From positions 1,180,001-1,244,000 of the forward strand of contig CM075997.1 in assembly GCA_038087875.1 (NCBI GenBank): a DNA stretch of 64,000 bases, written 5' to 3'. The stretch comes from Malacoraja senta (Eukaryota). Below the pieces are notes generated by a model. That model made no database searches and had not been told where the DNA came from. It saw only the letters and a list, made by a program, of their open reading frames with translations. Positions within the stretch are counted from its first letter, which is position 1; each line of letters begins with the position of its first letter. The position numbers were made by a program, and so were the translations under genes. This document shows, one piece after another, positions 29,401 through 38,797 of the stretch.

Positions 29401-30875
29401 GGGCCGAAGGGCCTGTTTGTGTGCTGTACTAAGTTTTATATTCAATGAGAGGGACGTGAATGGTGCTTTAGATATCTTTGCCTATTATTTGCATCTTTGA
29501 GGAGGTGAATATGTAAATGTGATGAACGTCTGCCAAATGCAGTCACTGTGAGGGCATTTGCTGTGAATTACCATGAAGTATTACCATGTTTTAATCTGTA
29601 CTAACAACATTGTGGTGTATTGCGGTGTGGCTTTCATTCCCTGCAACCTCTCTCTTTCTTACCATCCCCCCCGCCCCACCCCCGCAGTGGTTGCAGATGG
29701 CCATGTCCAACTAGGGTCCTGTGGACTAGAATGTGGAAGGAGATGAGGAGGAATGTATCCAGTCAGAGGGTGGCGAATCTGTGGAATTCATTGTCACAGA
29801 AGGCTGTGGAGGACACCAATGGATATTTTTAAGGCAGAGATAGATAGATTCTTGATTAGCACGGGTGTCAGGGGTCACGGGGAGAAGGCAGGAGAATGGG
29901 GTTAGAAGGGAGAGATAGATCAGCCTTGATTGAATGGCGGAGTAGACTTGATGGCCAAATGTCCTAATTCTGTTCCTATCACTTATGTACTTATGAACAT
30001 GAGATATTGCCTATAGATTGAAATAATTTCACTATTAGGAGCAGACAGGGGCTTTGATTCAATCTATGAAGCAATAAGAGTTAGGATAACATGACACAGT
30101 TTGATAAGACTTTGGTTAGGCTACATTTGGAGTACTGTGTGCATCTCTGCTTGCCCCATTATATGAAGGATGTGGAGGCTTTGGAGAATGTTCAGTAGAA
30201 GTTTACCAGAATACTGCCTGGATTAGAGGGTGTTAGCTATAAGGAGAGGTGACATAGAGTGATACAGTGTGGAAACAAGCCATTCGGCCCACACTGGCCA
30301 ACATGTCCCAGCTACACTAGTCCCACCTGCCTGCGTTTGGTCCATATCCCTCCAAACCTGTCCTATCCATGTATCTGTCTAACTGTTTCTTAAAACGATG
30401 GGATAGTCCCAGCCTCACCTACCTCCTCCGGCAGCTTGTTCCATACACCCACCACCCTTTGTATGTAAAAGTTAACCCTCAGATTCCTATTAAATCTTTT
30501 CCCCTTCACCTTAAACCTATGTCCTCTGGTCTTCGATTCAGCTACCCTGGGCAAGAAACTCTGTGCATCTACCCGATCTATTCCTCTCATGATTTTGTAC
30601 ACCTCTATAAGATCACCCGTCCTCCTCCTGCGCTCCAGGGAATAGAGTCCCAGCCTGCTCAACCTCTCCCTGTGGCTCAGATCCTGTAGTCCTCGCAACA
30701 TCGTCGTAAATCTTCTCTGAACCTTTTCCAGCTTGACATCTTTCCTATAACATGGAGAAAATTTGATTTTTTTTTTCTCTTGAAAGTAGGAGGGTGAGGG
30801 GAATTTTTTCATTGAATTTAACCTTGCTCTTTCTTTATTCCCATGCAGTGGCTGCAGATGACTATGTACAGCTAG
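1..30875 (+). CDS. CAPN12: Classical calpain large subunit gene (CysPc-CBSW-PEF), 5'-truncated by the window edge; calpain-12-like, paralogue tentative
   Basis: Exons splice in frame into a calpain with motifs [26 protein letters not shown] (catalytic His), RNPWG (catalytic Asn), NPQFKLTL and PEF EF-hands. Exon sizes 134/169/86/40/65/69/79/117/59 match the classical calpain structure. Family call is near-certain. The CAPN12 assignment rests on recalled similarity to fish capn12 (GFP.EAMVD.TGG, short 72-bp His exon) and needs a phylogeny. Confidence 0.55.
195..640 (-). mobile_element. CR1 (HER1-type) LINE 3' fragment
   Basis: RT C-terminus [20 protein letters not shown]...TRGHSL...[14 protein letters not shown]; (CTATTGT)n tail. 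Confidence 0.88.
925..1580 (-). mobile_element. Penelope-like 3' fragment with nested palindromic Penelope mini-element (1138-1323)
   Basis: [24 protein letters not shown] remnant; nested element has 16-bp TSD ACAGAGATAAAATGAA. Confidence 0.8.
2313..2446 (+). CDS. calpain exon [18 protein letters not shown]...[13 protein letters not shown]
   Basis: AG at 2311-2312, GTAAGT at 2447; 134 bp, conserved size and sequence. Confidence 0.97.
2666..3148 (+). mobile_element. GC-rich non-LTR retroelement 3' end
   Basis: Ends AATAAA + (CTTGA)n; inserted in a CR1 tail; related sequence on the minus strand at ~36590-37040. Confidence 0.5.
3281..3514. mobile_element. hAT (Charlie-like) MITE, old
   Basis: CAAGGGTTCCCAACCT ... 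AGGTTGGGAACCCCAG; degenerate 8-bp TSD (6/8). Confidence 0.65.
4083..4251 (+). CDS. calpain exon [23 protein letters not shown]...GSIICCAKP
   Basis: Pyrimidine tract + AG, GTGACT donor; 169 bp; phases match neighbours. Confidence 0.96.
4944..5015 (+). CDS. calpain exon with catalytic His ([24 protein letters not shown])
   Basis: CAG acceptor, GTGAGG donor; GHAYSVT motif. Confidence 0.96.
6111..6196 (+). CDS. calpain exon with catalytic Asn ([21 protein letters not shown])
   Basis: 86 bp; CAG acceptor, GTAAGG donor; RNPWG motif. Confidence 0.97.
6613..6849. mobile_element. PIF/Harbinger MITE
   Basis: TIR AGGGCCTGTCCCACTTAGGCGA; TTA flank; internal 21-bp tandem duplication. Confidence 0.8.
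7360..7431 (+). CDS. calpain exon [24 protein letters not shown]
   Basis: CAG acceptor, GTAAGA donor; DGEFW motif; phases consistent. Confidence 0.95.
8215..8760. repeat. Complex (TG)n microsatellite / minisatellite
   Basis: TG runs with recurring TGTACCTG and GTTGTGAG interruptions. Confidence 0.95.
8803..8969 (+). CDS. calpain exon [10 protein letters not shown]...[17 protein letters not shown] (CysPc end / CBSW start)
   Basis: AAG acceptor, GTAGGG donor; W.RG.SAGG motif. Confidence 0.95.
9638..9810 (+). CDS. calpain exon [21 protein letters not shown]...FIGFDVFQ (CBSW)
   Basis: CAG acceptor, GTGAGC donor; NPQF motif and acidic loop. Confidence 0.96.
9820..10245. repeat. C-rich minisatellite (CCACGCCACCTCCCC-like unit)
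   Basis: Degenerate ~15-20 bp unit filling the intron. Confidence 0.9.
10255..10463 (+). CDS. calpain exon GDPARAYL...[29 protein letters not shown] (CBSW)
   Basis: TAG acceptor, GTAAGC donor; LPPG.Y.IVPST...EGEFLLRVF motif. Confidence 0.95.
10802..11822. mobile_element. Non-autonomous DNA transposon, 14-bp imperfect TIRs, 7-bp TSD
   Basis: TAGCAATGTTACAA ... TTGTAACATACCTA; TSD GGTAGAG at 10795-10801 / 11823-11829; splits a CR1 remnant; AT-rich, no ORF. Confidence 0.8.
12181..12220 (+). CDS. calpain 40-bp linker exon ([13 protein letters not shown]) with GC donor
   Basis: TTGTAG acceptor; the 40-bp size and phase 2 to phase 0 are what is needed to join the flanking exons; donor CAG|GCAAGT. 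Confidence 0.75.
12250..12464. repeat. Degenerate (TG)n tract
   Basis: Low-complexity alternating purine/pyrimidine sequence. Confidence 0.9.
12764..13074 (-). mobile_element. tRNA-derived SINE
   Basis: Same family. Confidence 0.8.
14212..14289 (+). CDS. calpain exon [26 protein letters not shown] (PEF start)
   Basis: CAG acceptor, GTGAGT donor; phase 0/0; LF.KY.G before EF1. Confidence 0.85.
15137..15197 (+). CDS. calpain exon [20 protein letters not shown] (EF1)
   Basis: CAG acceptor, GTAAGC donor; D.EISA.ELQ motif. Confidence 0.93.
15291..15355 (+). CDS. calpain exon [21 protein letters not shown]
   Basis: 65 bp; FSLD.C.S.I.L.D motif; U12 donor GTATCCTT follows. Confidence 0.93.
15356..16445 (+). 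other. U12-type (minor spliceosome) GT-AG intron
   Basis: 5' splice site GTATCCTT; branch point TTCCTTAAC ending 12 nt before the exon; no polypyrimidine tract. Confidence 0.92.
15412..15724 (-). mobile_element. tRNA-derived SINE (HE1/V-SINE-like)
   Basis: A box GGTGGCGCAGCGG, B box GGTTCGATCC, central GTTTGTACGTTCTCCCCGTG core, (CTAAA)n tail. Confidence 0.85.
16446..16514 (+). CDS. calpain exon [23 protein letters not shown] (EF2)
   Basis: 69 bp; preceded by U12 branch point TTCCTTAAC (16425-16433) and AG; donor GTGAGT. Confidence 0.93.
16598..17821 (+). mobile_element. Penelope-like retroelement, 5'-truncated with inverted duplication; GIY-YIG endonuclease C-terminus
   Basis: ORF segment [29 protein letters not shown]...GLNIEF (GIY-YIG). 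Arms 16598-17009 and 17377-17789 are inverted repeats. 14-bp TSD AAACTTAAATGTTA at 16584-16597 / 17822-17835. Confidence 0.92.
17993..18292 (-). mobile_element. tRNA-derived SINE
   Basis: Same family. Confidence 0.8.
18504..18582 (+). CDS. calpain exon [27 protein letters not shown] (EF3)
   Basis: 79 bp; canonical EF-hand loop [15 protein letters not shown] acceptor, GTGAGG donor. Confidence 0.96.
18618..19017 (-). mobile_element. Ribozyme-headed SINE copy, interrupted by a Penelope-derived palindrome
   Basis: Same sequence as the 33224 copy on the minus strand; split at 18685-18926 with TSD TTGTTCTATTTGAT. Confidence 0.85.
19243..19762. mobile_element. hAT MITE (TAGGGTTGCCA termini) inserted in a tRNA SINE
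   Basis: TIR TAGGGTTGCCAACT / AGTTGGCGACCCTA; 8-bp TSD ACAGCACC. Confidence 0.88.
20157..20667 (-). mobile_element. CR1 LINE 3' fragment (internally deleted)
   Basis: [20 protein letters not shown]...WNSLP; (CTATGTTT)n tail. Confidence 0.85.
20733..20849 (+). CDS. calpain exon [38 protein letters not shown] (EF4)
   Basis: 117 bp; RYAD...F..CL..L motif; TAG acceptor, GTGAGT donor. Confidence 0.96.
21024..21420. mobile_element. P-like MITE copy, left TIR clipped
   Basis: Near-identical to the 44162 copy. Confidence 0.82.
24612..24933 (+). mobile_element. Penelope-like 3' fragment with hammerhead-like core
   Basis: GIY-YIG tail remnant, then CTGAAGAAGGGTCTCGACCCGAAACGTC (24804-24831) and the common terminus CAGCATCTGCAGTTC..TTAAAC. 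Confidence 0.78.
25881..26175 (-). mobile_element. tRNA-derived SINE
   Basis: Same family. Confidence 0.8.
27341..27577. mobile_element. PIF/Harbinger MITE
   Basis: TIR AGGGCCTGTCCCACTTGG; TTA TSD on both sides. Confidence 0.85.
27680..28124 (-). mobile_element. CR1 LINE 3' fragment
   Basis: ORF 27671-28099 [21 protein letters not shown]...; CR1 tail. Confidence 0.88.
28304..28362 (+). CDS. calpain exon [19 protein letters not shown] (EF5)
   Basis: 59 bp; CAG acceptor, GTAAGT donor; phase 1 to 0. Confidence 0.93.
28548..29121 (-). mobile_element. CR1 LINE 3' fragment with nested Penelope palindrome
   Basis: CR1 RT tail motif; insert at ~28674-28860. Confidence 0.8.
29688..29714 (+). CDS. 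calpain candidate last coding exon A (WLQMAMSN*)
   Basis: Long pyrimidine tract + GCAG acceptor, then TGGTTGCAGATGGCCATGTCCAACTAG; resembles the WLQLTMY[S/A] calpain terminus. Confidence 0.65.
   Translation, partial: WLQMAMSN
30250..30750 (-). mobile_element. CR1 LINE 3' fragment (second subfamily)
   Basis: LEKVQRRFT...[22 protein letters not shown]...TRGH...WNKLP. Confidence 0.85.
30849..30875 (+). CDS. calpain candidate last coding exon B (WLQMTMYS*)
   Basis: Pyrimidine tract + GCAG acceptor, then TGGCTGCAGATGACTATGTACAGCTAG; closest to the consensus PEF terminus WLQLTMYS. Confidence 0.85.
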   Translation, partial: WLQMTMYS

Positions 30876-33223
30876 TGGGATCCCATGGACCATTGACTCC
30901 CTCAACCCGAAGAGCTTCCGCCACAGATCCAGATAGAGCAAGCGACACACTCCAGAGGCCTCCACACACCTTGGCTGTGGGTTCAGGCAGTTGCCTGCAG
31001 TGTTAACATAGCCACATGTCACTCACTCATGTATATTCCAGCCATCCCGAGCCAGAGCTCCCATCTGCTTTCATTCCCTGTCTTTCCAGCAAGAGTCAAG
31101 AGTGGGCACAAACTGCTGGAGTACCTCAGTGGGTCAGGCAGTATCTCAGGAGAACTTGGACAGGCGGCATTTCGGGTCAGGACACGTCTTTGCCTATCCA
31201 TGTTCGACAGAGATGCTGCCTGACCTGTTAAGTCACTCCAGCACTTTGTGTCCTTTTGTGTAAACCAGCATCTGCAGTTCCTTGTTTCGAGAAGAATGTT
31301 TAATTGCCATATGTGCAGAAACGAAACAATGAAAATATTACTTGCAGCAGCACAAGCTTGTAAGCACAGCACTCAATAGATAGCATAATAGGCTAATTTT
31401 AAAAAGTTCAATACGTTAAAAACAAAACAATATAGGGTAACACAAAACAAAAGCCTGATGTCCCGAGTGCAACCAAGACAGTTCATAGTTCGAAATTAAG
31501 TTGGTAGACACAAAATGCTGGAGTAACTCAGCGGGTCAGGCAGCATCTCTGGAGAAAAGGAATAGACAATAAACAATAGGTGCAGGAATAGGCCATTCGG
31601 CCCTTCGAGCCAGCACCGCCATTCACTGTGATCATGGCTGATGATAGGTGATGTTTCAGGTCGAGACCCCTTCTTCAGACCAACAATGGAGGACCCGGCG
31701 TGGGGGGATGGGGGGGATTTGCAGCTGTGTCAGCGCCTTTTAGAATACGAATATTTGCATACCTTGGCTATGCAAGCAAAGAATTGCCCTGTAACTTGTC
31801 ACATGTGAAAATAAAGTATTCCATTGCATTCGTCAGAGATGCAGCCTGACCCTCTCAATTACGCCAGCATTTTGTGCCTGTCTGGTATAAACCAGATACG
31901 AGCTAAATGATGTGAGCCAGCATCTGCGGTGCCTTTCTACACACAATTTAGTTGCTGTTTGTGGTGTTCAATAGCCTGATGTTTGTTGAGAAGAAGCTGT
32001 TCCTGAACCTGGAGCTCATCGGGAAGAAGGTACAGGAGCCTGAAAAGCGTAACGTCCAGGTTCAGGAACAGCTTCTTCCCTACAGCCATCAGGCTATTAA
32101 ACACAACAACAAATATGCTCTGAACTACAACAGACTATTATTATTATTGCACTATATTTGATATTTATTGAGTATGTGTGCATGTGTATATATGCACACT
32201 GAACTTTTTTTCTCCCATTATATACTATGTTTACATATCCTGTTGTGCTGCAGCAAGCAAGAATTTCATTGTCCTATCTGGGACACATGACAATAAAATA
32301 CTCTTGACTCTTGACTTGAGGAAAGTGTTTTGGGACACAACAGAACAATAGAATTGTTGCATTTCTTTTTCAAACCTCGGTCTACGGATGTAACTGTATA
32401 TTAAGAGAAATACTGAGATATATTAGTAATTATTTGCATTATTGTTAATGCACTTTTCGAATATCCTGTAATTGCACCAAAGAATTAAATTAAAAACTCA
32501 AAATACTGCACATAAATTAGGTTTTTGTATTTTGTGCTTTGTCTCTGAGTGTAAGAGTCGGGACATCATCTTGCAGTTGCATTAAACAAGGTGAGAGGGG
32601 GGGGGGGAGAAATTTAAAATTTAACGGAGCTCTCTGGGGTAAATTTTTCAACCAGAGGATGGTGAATATCTGGAACGATCTGACAAAGGAGGTGGTGGAG
32701 CTAGATGCAATAAGAGACATTTGGACGTTCTTGGATAGGAAAGACATTGTGGGAAACAAGCCTGACATAGGCAATTGTGATTAGTTTAGTTAGGCATGGA
32801 TGAGATGGGCCGACCAAATAAGGAGAGGCCTAGATAGAGTGGATGTGAATGTTGAGAGGATGTAGTGGGAGTATCTAGGACCAGAGGGCACAGCCTCAGA
32901 ATAGAATGTACCTTTAAAATGGAGATGAGAAGGAATTTGGTTAGCCAGAGGGTGGTGAATCTGTGAAATTCATTCCCACAGACAGCTGTGGAGCCCAGGT
33001 CATTGGAAATTTTTAAAGCAGAGATTGATGGGTTTTTGATCAGTAAACCCATCAACGTTTATGGAGAGAACACAGGAGAATGGGGTTGCGAGGGAAAGGT
33101 AGATCTGCCAAGATCGCATGGAGGAGCAGAATCGAATGAAGGAGGATTGATGGGCCGAATGGCCCAATTCTGTTCCTATGTCTCCAAAGAGCCTGTTTCT
33201 GTGTTGTATGATTCTCAGGTTGC

Positions 33224-33277
33224 GGGGTGGAAGATTGCAACCTTCACGTGGTCCGCCCTGTTTCGACTAATGCAATC
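33224..33277 (+). ncRNA. Minimal HDV-like self-cleaving ribozyme (CPEB3-type) at the 5' end of a SINE-like element
   Basis: P1 GGGGUGG/CCGCCCU (G1-U wobble), P2 GAUUGCA/UGCAAUC, P3 ACC/GGU, L3 UUCACGU, minimal P4 UUUCGA, J4/2 CUAA with catalytic C at 33267. Confidence 0.8.
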
Positions 33278-33364
33278 AACCCGACGTGCACAAACGGTAG
33301 ATCAAATAGAACAAGTTGTCCAACAACTTTAGGCTGTGCACGCCACACGAAAGAAGAAGAAGGA
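33224..33364 (+). mobile_element. ~140-bp ribozyme-headed SINE-like retroelement, full length
   Basis: 14-bp TSD GATTCTCAGGTTGC (33210-33223 / 33365-33378), (GAA)n tail, three further copies in the window. Confidence 0.88.
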
Positions 33365-34172
33365 GATTCTCAGGTTGCATGCTAAGTTGAGAACTGATGC
33401 TGAAACACTTCACAGCAGAGAAGCTGACTAATACATGCAACTCCACTCACACGGAGACAACATACAGAGTGCCTGAGAACTGTAGCATGGAGCAGAACAG
33501 AAAATGGGAACATTGAAGTATGGGAGAGGAAGAGAAACAGCAACATTTAGAAAGCTTCTTAATAGTTGAGTAACTAAAACACATTTCTAAAGTGCCTTGC
33601 ACAATGTCAGGCAAAACATTTCACAACGAGAGAAGTACTTTTGGTATGTTGTAAGATAGGAATATACAGCAAGCACCCACGAACAGCAGCACTATAACAC
33701 GCTCATTTGTCTTTATATTGGTTGAGAGTTCAATATTGGCCAGGATGCAGAGGGAGGAATTGCCGATAGTTTGAAATAGGTCCACCGTTGAGTGCAGACG
33801 GGGGCCTTGAATCAATCTAGAAGCAATAAGAGTCAGGAAGTCATGTTGCAACTCCGTAAGACTTTGGTTAGGCCGTATTTGGTATATTGCGTTCAATTCT
33901 GGTTGCCCCATTATGTTCGGGGGGTCGTTATGTTAATGTGTGGGGATCGCTGGCCAGTGCGGACTAGATGGGCCGATGGGCCTGTTTCCGCTCTATATCT
34001 CCAAACTAAACTAAAAAAAAAAATAATGTGAAGGTTGTGGAGGCCTTGGAGAGAAGTGCAGGGGAGATTGACCAGTGTGCTCTCTGGATTAGAGCGTATT
34101 AGTTGTTAGGTGGAAAAAATCCAGAACGTCGGAGGCTGAGGGGAGACATGATGAAGTATCTAATATTATGAA

Positions 34173-35262
34173 CAACAACTGTGTGCTCAGCCCGCTGTTG
34201 TTTACATTGCTCACACATGACTGTGCTGCCAGATTCAGGGACAATAAGATCATAACATTCGCGGATGACACAACAGTGGTGGGACTCATCAGCGGAGATG
34301 ATGAATCAATGTACAGGGAGGAAGTAAAACAACTAGTGGACTGGTGCGGCAAAAATAATCTAGAACTAAATGTGGAAAAAACAAAGGAGATGGTTGTCGA
34401 CTTCAGGAGGGCGCAGCCAAAGCATGCACCCCTTAACATCAGTGGCGCCACAGTGGAGGGAGTGGAGAGCATAAAGTTGCTCGGGGTGCAAATTACAGAC
34501 AGCCTCACCTGGTCCAGAAACACTACTGGGACCATCAAAAGGGCCCATCAGCGACTGCACTTCCTGAGGAAACTAAAACAGGCCTCACTCCCCACCAACA
34601 TCCTCAGGACTTTCTACAGAGGTACGGTGGAGTCTGTACTCACGTACTGTTTAAATACGTGGTACTCCACCTGCAACTGCTCGGACAGGAAGGCTCTGCA
34701 GAGGGTAGTGAGGGGAGCAGAGAAGATCATTGGCGTCTCCCTACCCTCGGTACAAGAACTGTTCCTGAGCCGCTGTCAGAAAAAAGCTCAGAGAATTGCT
34801 AAGGACAAACTGCACCCCCTCCACATACACCTGGATCCCCTGCCATCAGGCAAGAGATATCGCAGCATCAAAGCCCGGACTACAAGACTGCTAAACAGCT
34901 TCCTGCCATATGCTGTGAGGCTGCTAAACAGCCACTCTGTACTCACAGTCACCTGATTCTGCGGCTTGGCACGGACACTATAATAACTGGCATTGGCCAC
35001 TTCAATAACTGGCACTGGCCACTCAAATCAGCCACCCCGGACATGTTTATGATTGGTCTCACTGTATTTTAACGTTGTTTGTATCTATTTTAACTTATAC
35101 TGTTCCATCAGGGACTGGATTGTTTTAGTGTTGTTATTATTATGTGTGAAATGTTTTAAACGTCATGTGCGATGCTCCGGTATTCCCTGGGAAATGTCTT
35201 TTCGTTTTGCACTGCACAACTGTTGCTTGCAAGATGACAATAAAGGAATTGAATTGAATTGA
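34173..35262 (+). mobile_element. Rex1/Babar-type non-LTR retrotransposon, 5'-truncated RT
   Basis: ORF 34168-34956 CVLSPLLFTLLTHDC...FADDTTVVGLI...KTKEMVVDFRR...LPSGKRYRS; AATAAA plus (GAATT)n tail; splits a CR1 remnant. Confidence 0.9.
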
Positions 35263-35345
35263 AAGGCATAGATAGGGTAGACAGTCAAAACTTTTTCCCA
35301 GGGTGGAAATATCAAAGAGGCCATAATTTTAAGGTGAGAGGGACA

Positions 35346-35545
35346 NNNNNNNNNNNNNNNNNNNNNNNNNNNNNNNNNNNNNNNNNNNNNNNNNNNNNNN
35401 NNNNNNNNNNNNNNNNNNNNNNNNNNNNNNNNNNNNNNNNNNNNNNNNNNNNNNNNNNNNNNNNNNNNNNNNNNNNNNNNNNNNNNNNNNNNNNNNNNNN
35501 NNNNNNNNNNNNNNNNNNNNNNNNNNNNNNNNNNNNNNNNNNNNN
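35346..35545. other. Assembly gap (200 N)
   Basis: Run of N; the two sides may not be adjacent at the stated distance. Confidence 1.
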
Positions 35546-36017
35546 GAGGCATCTCCCTGGGTCACAGAGGCAGGTGGGCGGGTGGGCGAGGGGAGGGACA
35601 TAGGTTCACGGGGCTGAGACTCACCTGGGCTTACCTGGATCGGCAGCAAGTGGCTTTGCATTTGGGCATTTTCTCTGTAAACGGTGGCAAAATATGGCGA
35701 CTGTGCATTTGTGGGTTGTGTAAAAGAATTTCACTCTACGGCTTTGGAGTGTTGGAGGAAACCCGAGCACCCGGAGAAAATCCACGTGGTCACAGGGAGA
35801 AGCTACAAACTCCAAACAGGCTGCACGTGTGGTCAGGATGGAACCCGGGTCTCCGGCGCTGTGAGGCAGCAACTCTACCACTCAGCTACCGCGAGCCGCC
35901 CTGAATTCTCAATGTTTTCCATGAATATTTCTAAGGGAAATGAAGTTTCAGGGAACCTGCGTCCACACGCACCCCAGCAGTGCTTTCTTTCTGCTTCAAC
36001 ATAAATATCTCCTGGGT

Positions 36018-36234
36018 GGACAAAAATGCTGGAGAAACTCAGCGGGTGAGGCAGCATCTATGGAGCGAAGGAAATGGGCAACGTTTCGGGTTGAAACCCT
36101 TCCATCAGTCTGAAGAAGAGTTTCGACCTGAAACGTTGACTATTTCCTTCACTCCATAGATGCTGCCTCACCCGCTGAGTTTCTCCAGCATTCTTGTCTA
36201 CCTTCGATTTTCCAGCATCTGCAGTTCCTTCTTA
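36018..36234. mobile_element. Palindromic Penelope-derived mini-element
   Basis: Inverted pair of pLTR ends; ~20-bp TSD AACATAAATATCTCCTGGGT. Confidence 0.8.
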
Positions 36235-37182
36235 AACATAAATATCTCCTGGGTCAGATTCGGTACTTTTGACAACCACATTTATTTTATGTCCTCTTGG
36301 TTCTTGTTTCTTCTACCAATGGAACCAAACTGCTGCGTGCATTTTGAGAACAAGGAGTGTGTGATTGCTGATCAGACTTGGTAGAGGGGGAACCAAAGAT
36401 TACAGTTCTATAGCACCTTCCATATCCCTCATTTTGTCCGAAAGACCTTTTCCCACCAGACATTTAATAATAATAATAATACATTTTATTTATGGGCGCC
36501 TTTCAAAAGTCTCAAGGACACCTTACAAAGTTTAACAAATAGTAGAAACATGTAAGCGGAATGAAATAAATAATAATGACATCACGAGTACACAAATTAA
36601 AGAGAGAATTCAATCCAAAAACAAAAATCAAAAACAAAATGGAAGAGAGAGCAGCGGCTGCTAAAGCGCGCCAGTGTCCACTCTCCCCTCCGGCAGCCAT
36701 CTTGGACACAAAATAAAATATCATTTACACACACAAAAAAAATCATCCCCCCACAATGATTACCACTGTGGGGGAAGGCACAATGTCCAGTCCCCAACCC
36801 CAGTTCACCCAAAGTCAGGCCTATTGAGGCCTCCACAGTTGCCCCTACGGAGGCCCGGTGTTCCTGGCCGTTCTCGCCGGGTGGAGTTGCCCCGGCGTCG
36901 GGAGAGTCCACGCAGCGGCTGGGACGGCTGGAACGGCCGATCTCCTATTGGAGTCCGTGGCACCTGAAGCCAACAAGGCCGCGCCGATTTGGAGCTCCGA
37001 GGCTCCCGATGTTAGGGTCGGCGGTTTAAAAACAATGACCATGATCTTTTGCATCCAGTTTTAATTTGGGGGGATAAAGGTTTGGTTAATGAGCGAATTT
37101 GAAGAGGTGTTTGAACTGAAGAATATACAATAATACTGTACCATACAACCGTAATACAAATTCTAAGTATTTTAATTTCACC

Positions 37183-37470
37183 TAGAAATACAGCGTAGAA
37201 ATAGGCCCTTCGACCCATCCAGTCCGCACCGACCAGCGATCCCCGCACACTTACACTATCCTACACCTACAAATGCTTTCAGCATGTATCCCCAGCCAAT
37301 TAACCTACAAACCTGTACATCTATGGAGTGTGGGAGGAAACCGAAGATCTCGGAGAAAACCCACGCAGGTCACGGGGAGAACGTACAAACTCCGTACGGA
37401 CAGCACCCATAGTCGGGATCGAACCCGGGTCTCTGGCGCTATAAGGCAGCAACTCTACCGCTGCGCCACC
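37183..37470 (-). mobile_element. tRNA-derived SINE
   Basis: Same family. Confidence 0.8.
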
Positions 37471-38655
37471 CTGCTGCTCTTATCACTATTTTCATCACAA
37501 AATATAGAGAAATGACTGAACTTGCATAAGTGTAGCAATCTCATGCCAAATCCCATCAATGTTTCCTCTCACTAAAATCGCCCCTCAGTGAGAGACTATA
37601 GATTTGGCATGATTAAGTCTGCTTGAGGTAGTGGCTGGTAGGTTGTCATTACTCTGATTGAAGACTAGCAGTTTGGAGACTAGCAGTTTGGGTTCTATAT
37701 ACGGATGCGTATAACCACACTCTTGCCTTCGAGCAGTCCGCGCGACCTACAGAATGTCTCCTTTCATCTCTCTGCTGAGTTGGCTGCTGTAACACAGATG
37801 AATGGAGACACATTCTCACTGAAACGTAACATATGAAGATAAAAATATGCTGACGGTCTTAAACGAGCTTCACTGATACGATACACTACGATACGATAGA
37901 ACTTTATTTATCCCAGGAGGGAAATTGGTCATAAAACACAACAAGATACATGAAACATGAAATTAAAGTGACGAGTGGAAAGTCCAGGATTGGGGATGTG
38001 CAAAGATTGGGAAGGGGGAAGGGGGGGGGTGGGGAGGAGGGAAGTCAGTCTACCCCCACGACAGTAGGGGGAGGATTTGTACAGTTTGACAGCCACAGGG
38101 AAACATTTTCTCCTGTGGCGTTCTGTGCTGCCAGTTGCTGTGTTCTGTGCTTCTGACCCATCTGCTCTTCCAAATGGGGATGCATGGACTCAAGTTGAAA
38201 GTAGAATGTTGCTACCCTTGGCTGCCCCCAAAATCCATCTAATTATGATCAATTAGAACCCTCTATATCTTCATTAATCGTGTGGAGTCATACAGCATGG
38301 AAACAAACCCTTTGGCCCAACGGCAATGCCGACCAACATGCCCCATCCGAGCTTGTCTCATTTGCTTGCACAGGCCCATATCCCTCTAAACCTTTCCCAT
38401 GCATGTATCTGTCCAAATGTCTTACATTTTGCTATTGCACCTGCATTAACTGGCAGTTTCTTCCATATACCAACCATCCTCTATAAGGGAAAATATTGTC
38501 CCTCAGTTTCCTATTGAATATTTCTCCTCCCAGCTTATATGCCCTCCAGTTCTCGATTCCCCTACCCTTGAAAAAAGACTGTGCATTCTCCCCATCTATT
38601 CCCCCTCATACTTTTACACAACTCTATCAAATAATACCACCTCTATATCTCCTGT

Positions 38656-38797
38656 CTTCTTCTTCTTGCGTATGGCGTGCACAGCCTAAAGTTGTAGGAC
38701 AACTTGTTCTATTTGATCTTATTTGATTGTGCACGCCAGGTTGATTGCATTCGTCGAAACAGGGCGGACCACGTGAAGGTTGCAATCTTCCCACCCC
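38656..38797 (-). mobile_element. Ribozyme-headed SINE copy
   Basis: Same family; J4/2 reads CGAA. Confidence 0.85.

Noticed and set aside
35163..35661. ORFs spanning the N run
   Set aside because: Created by the assembly gap
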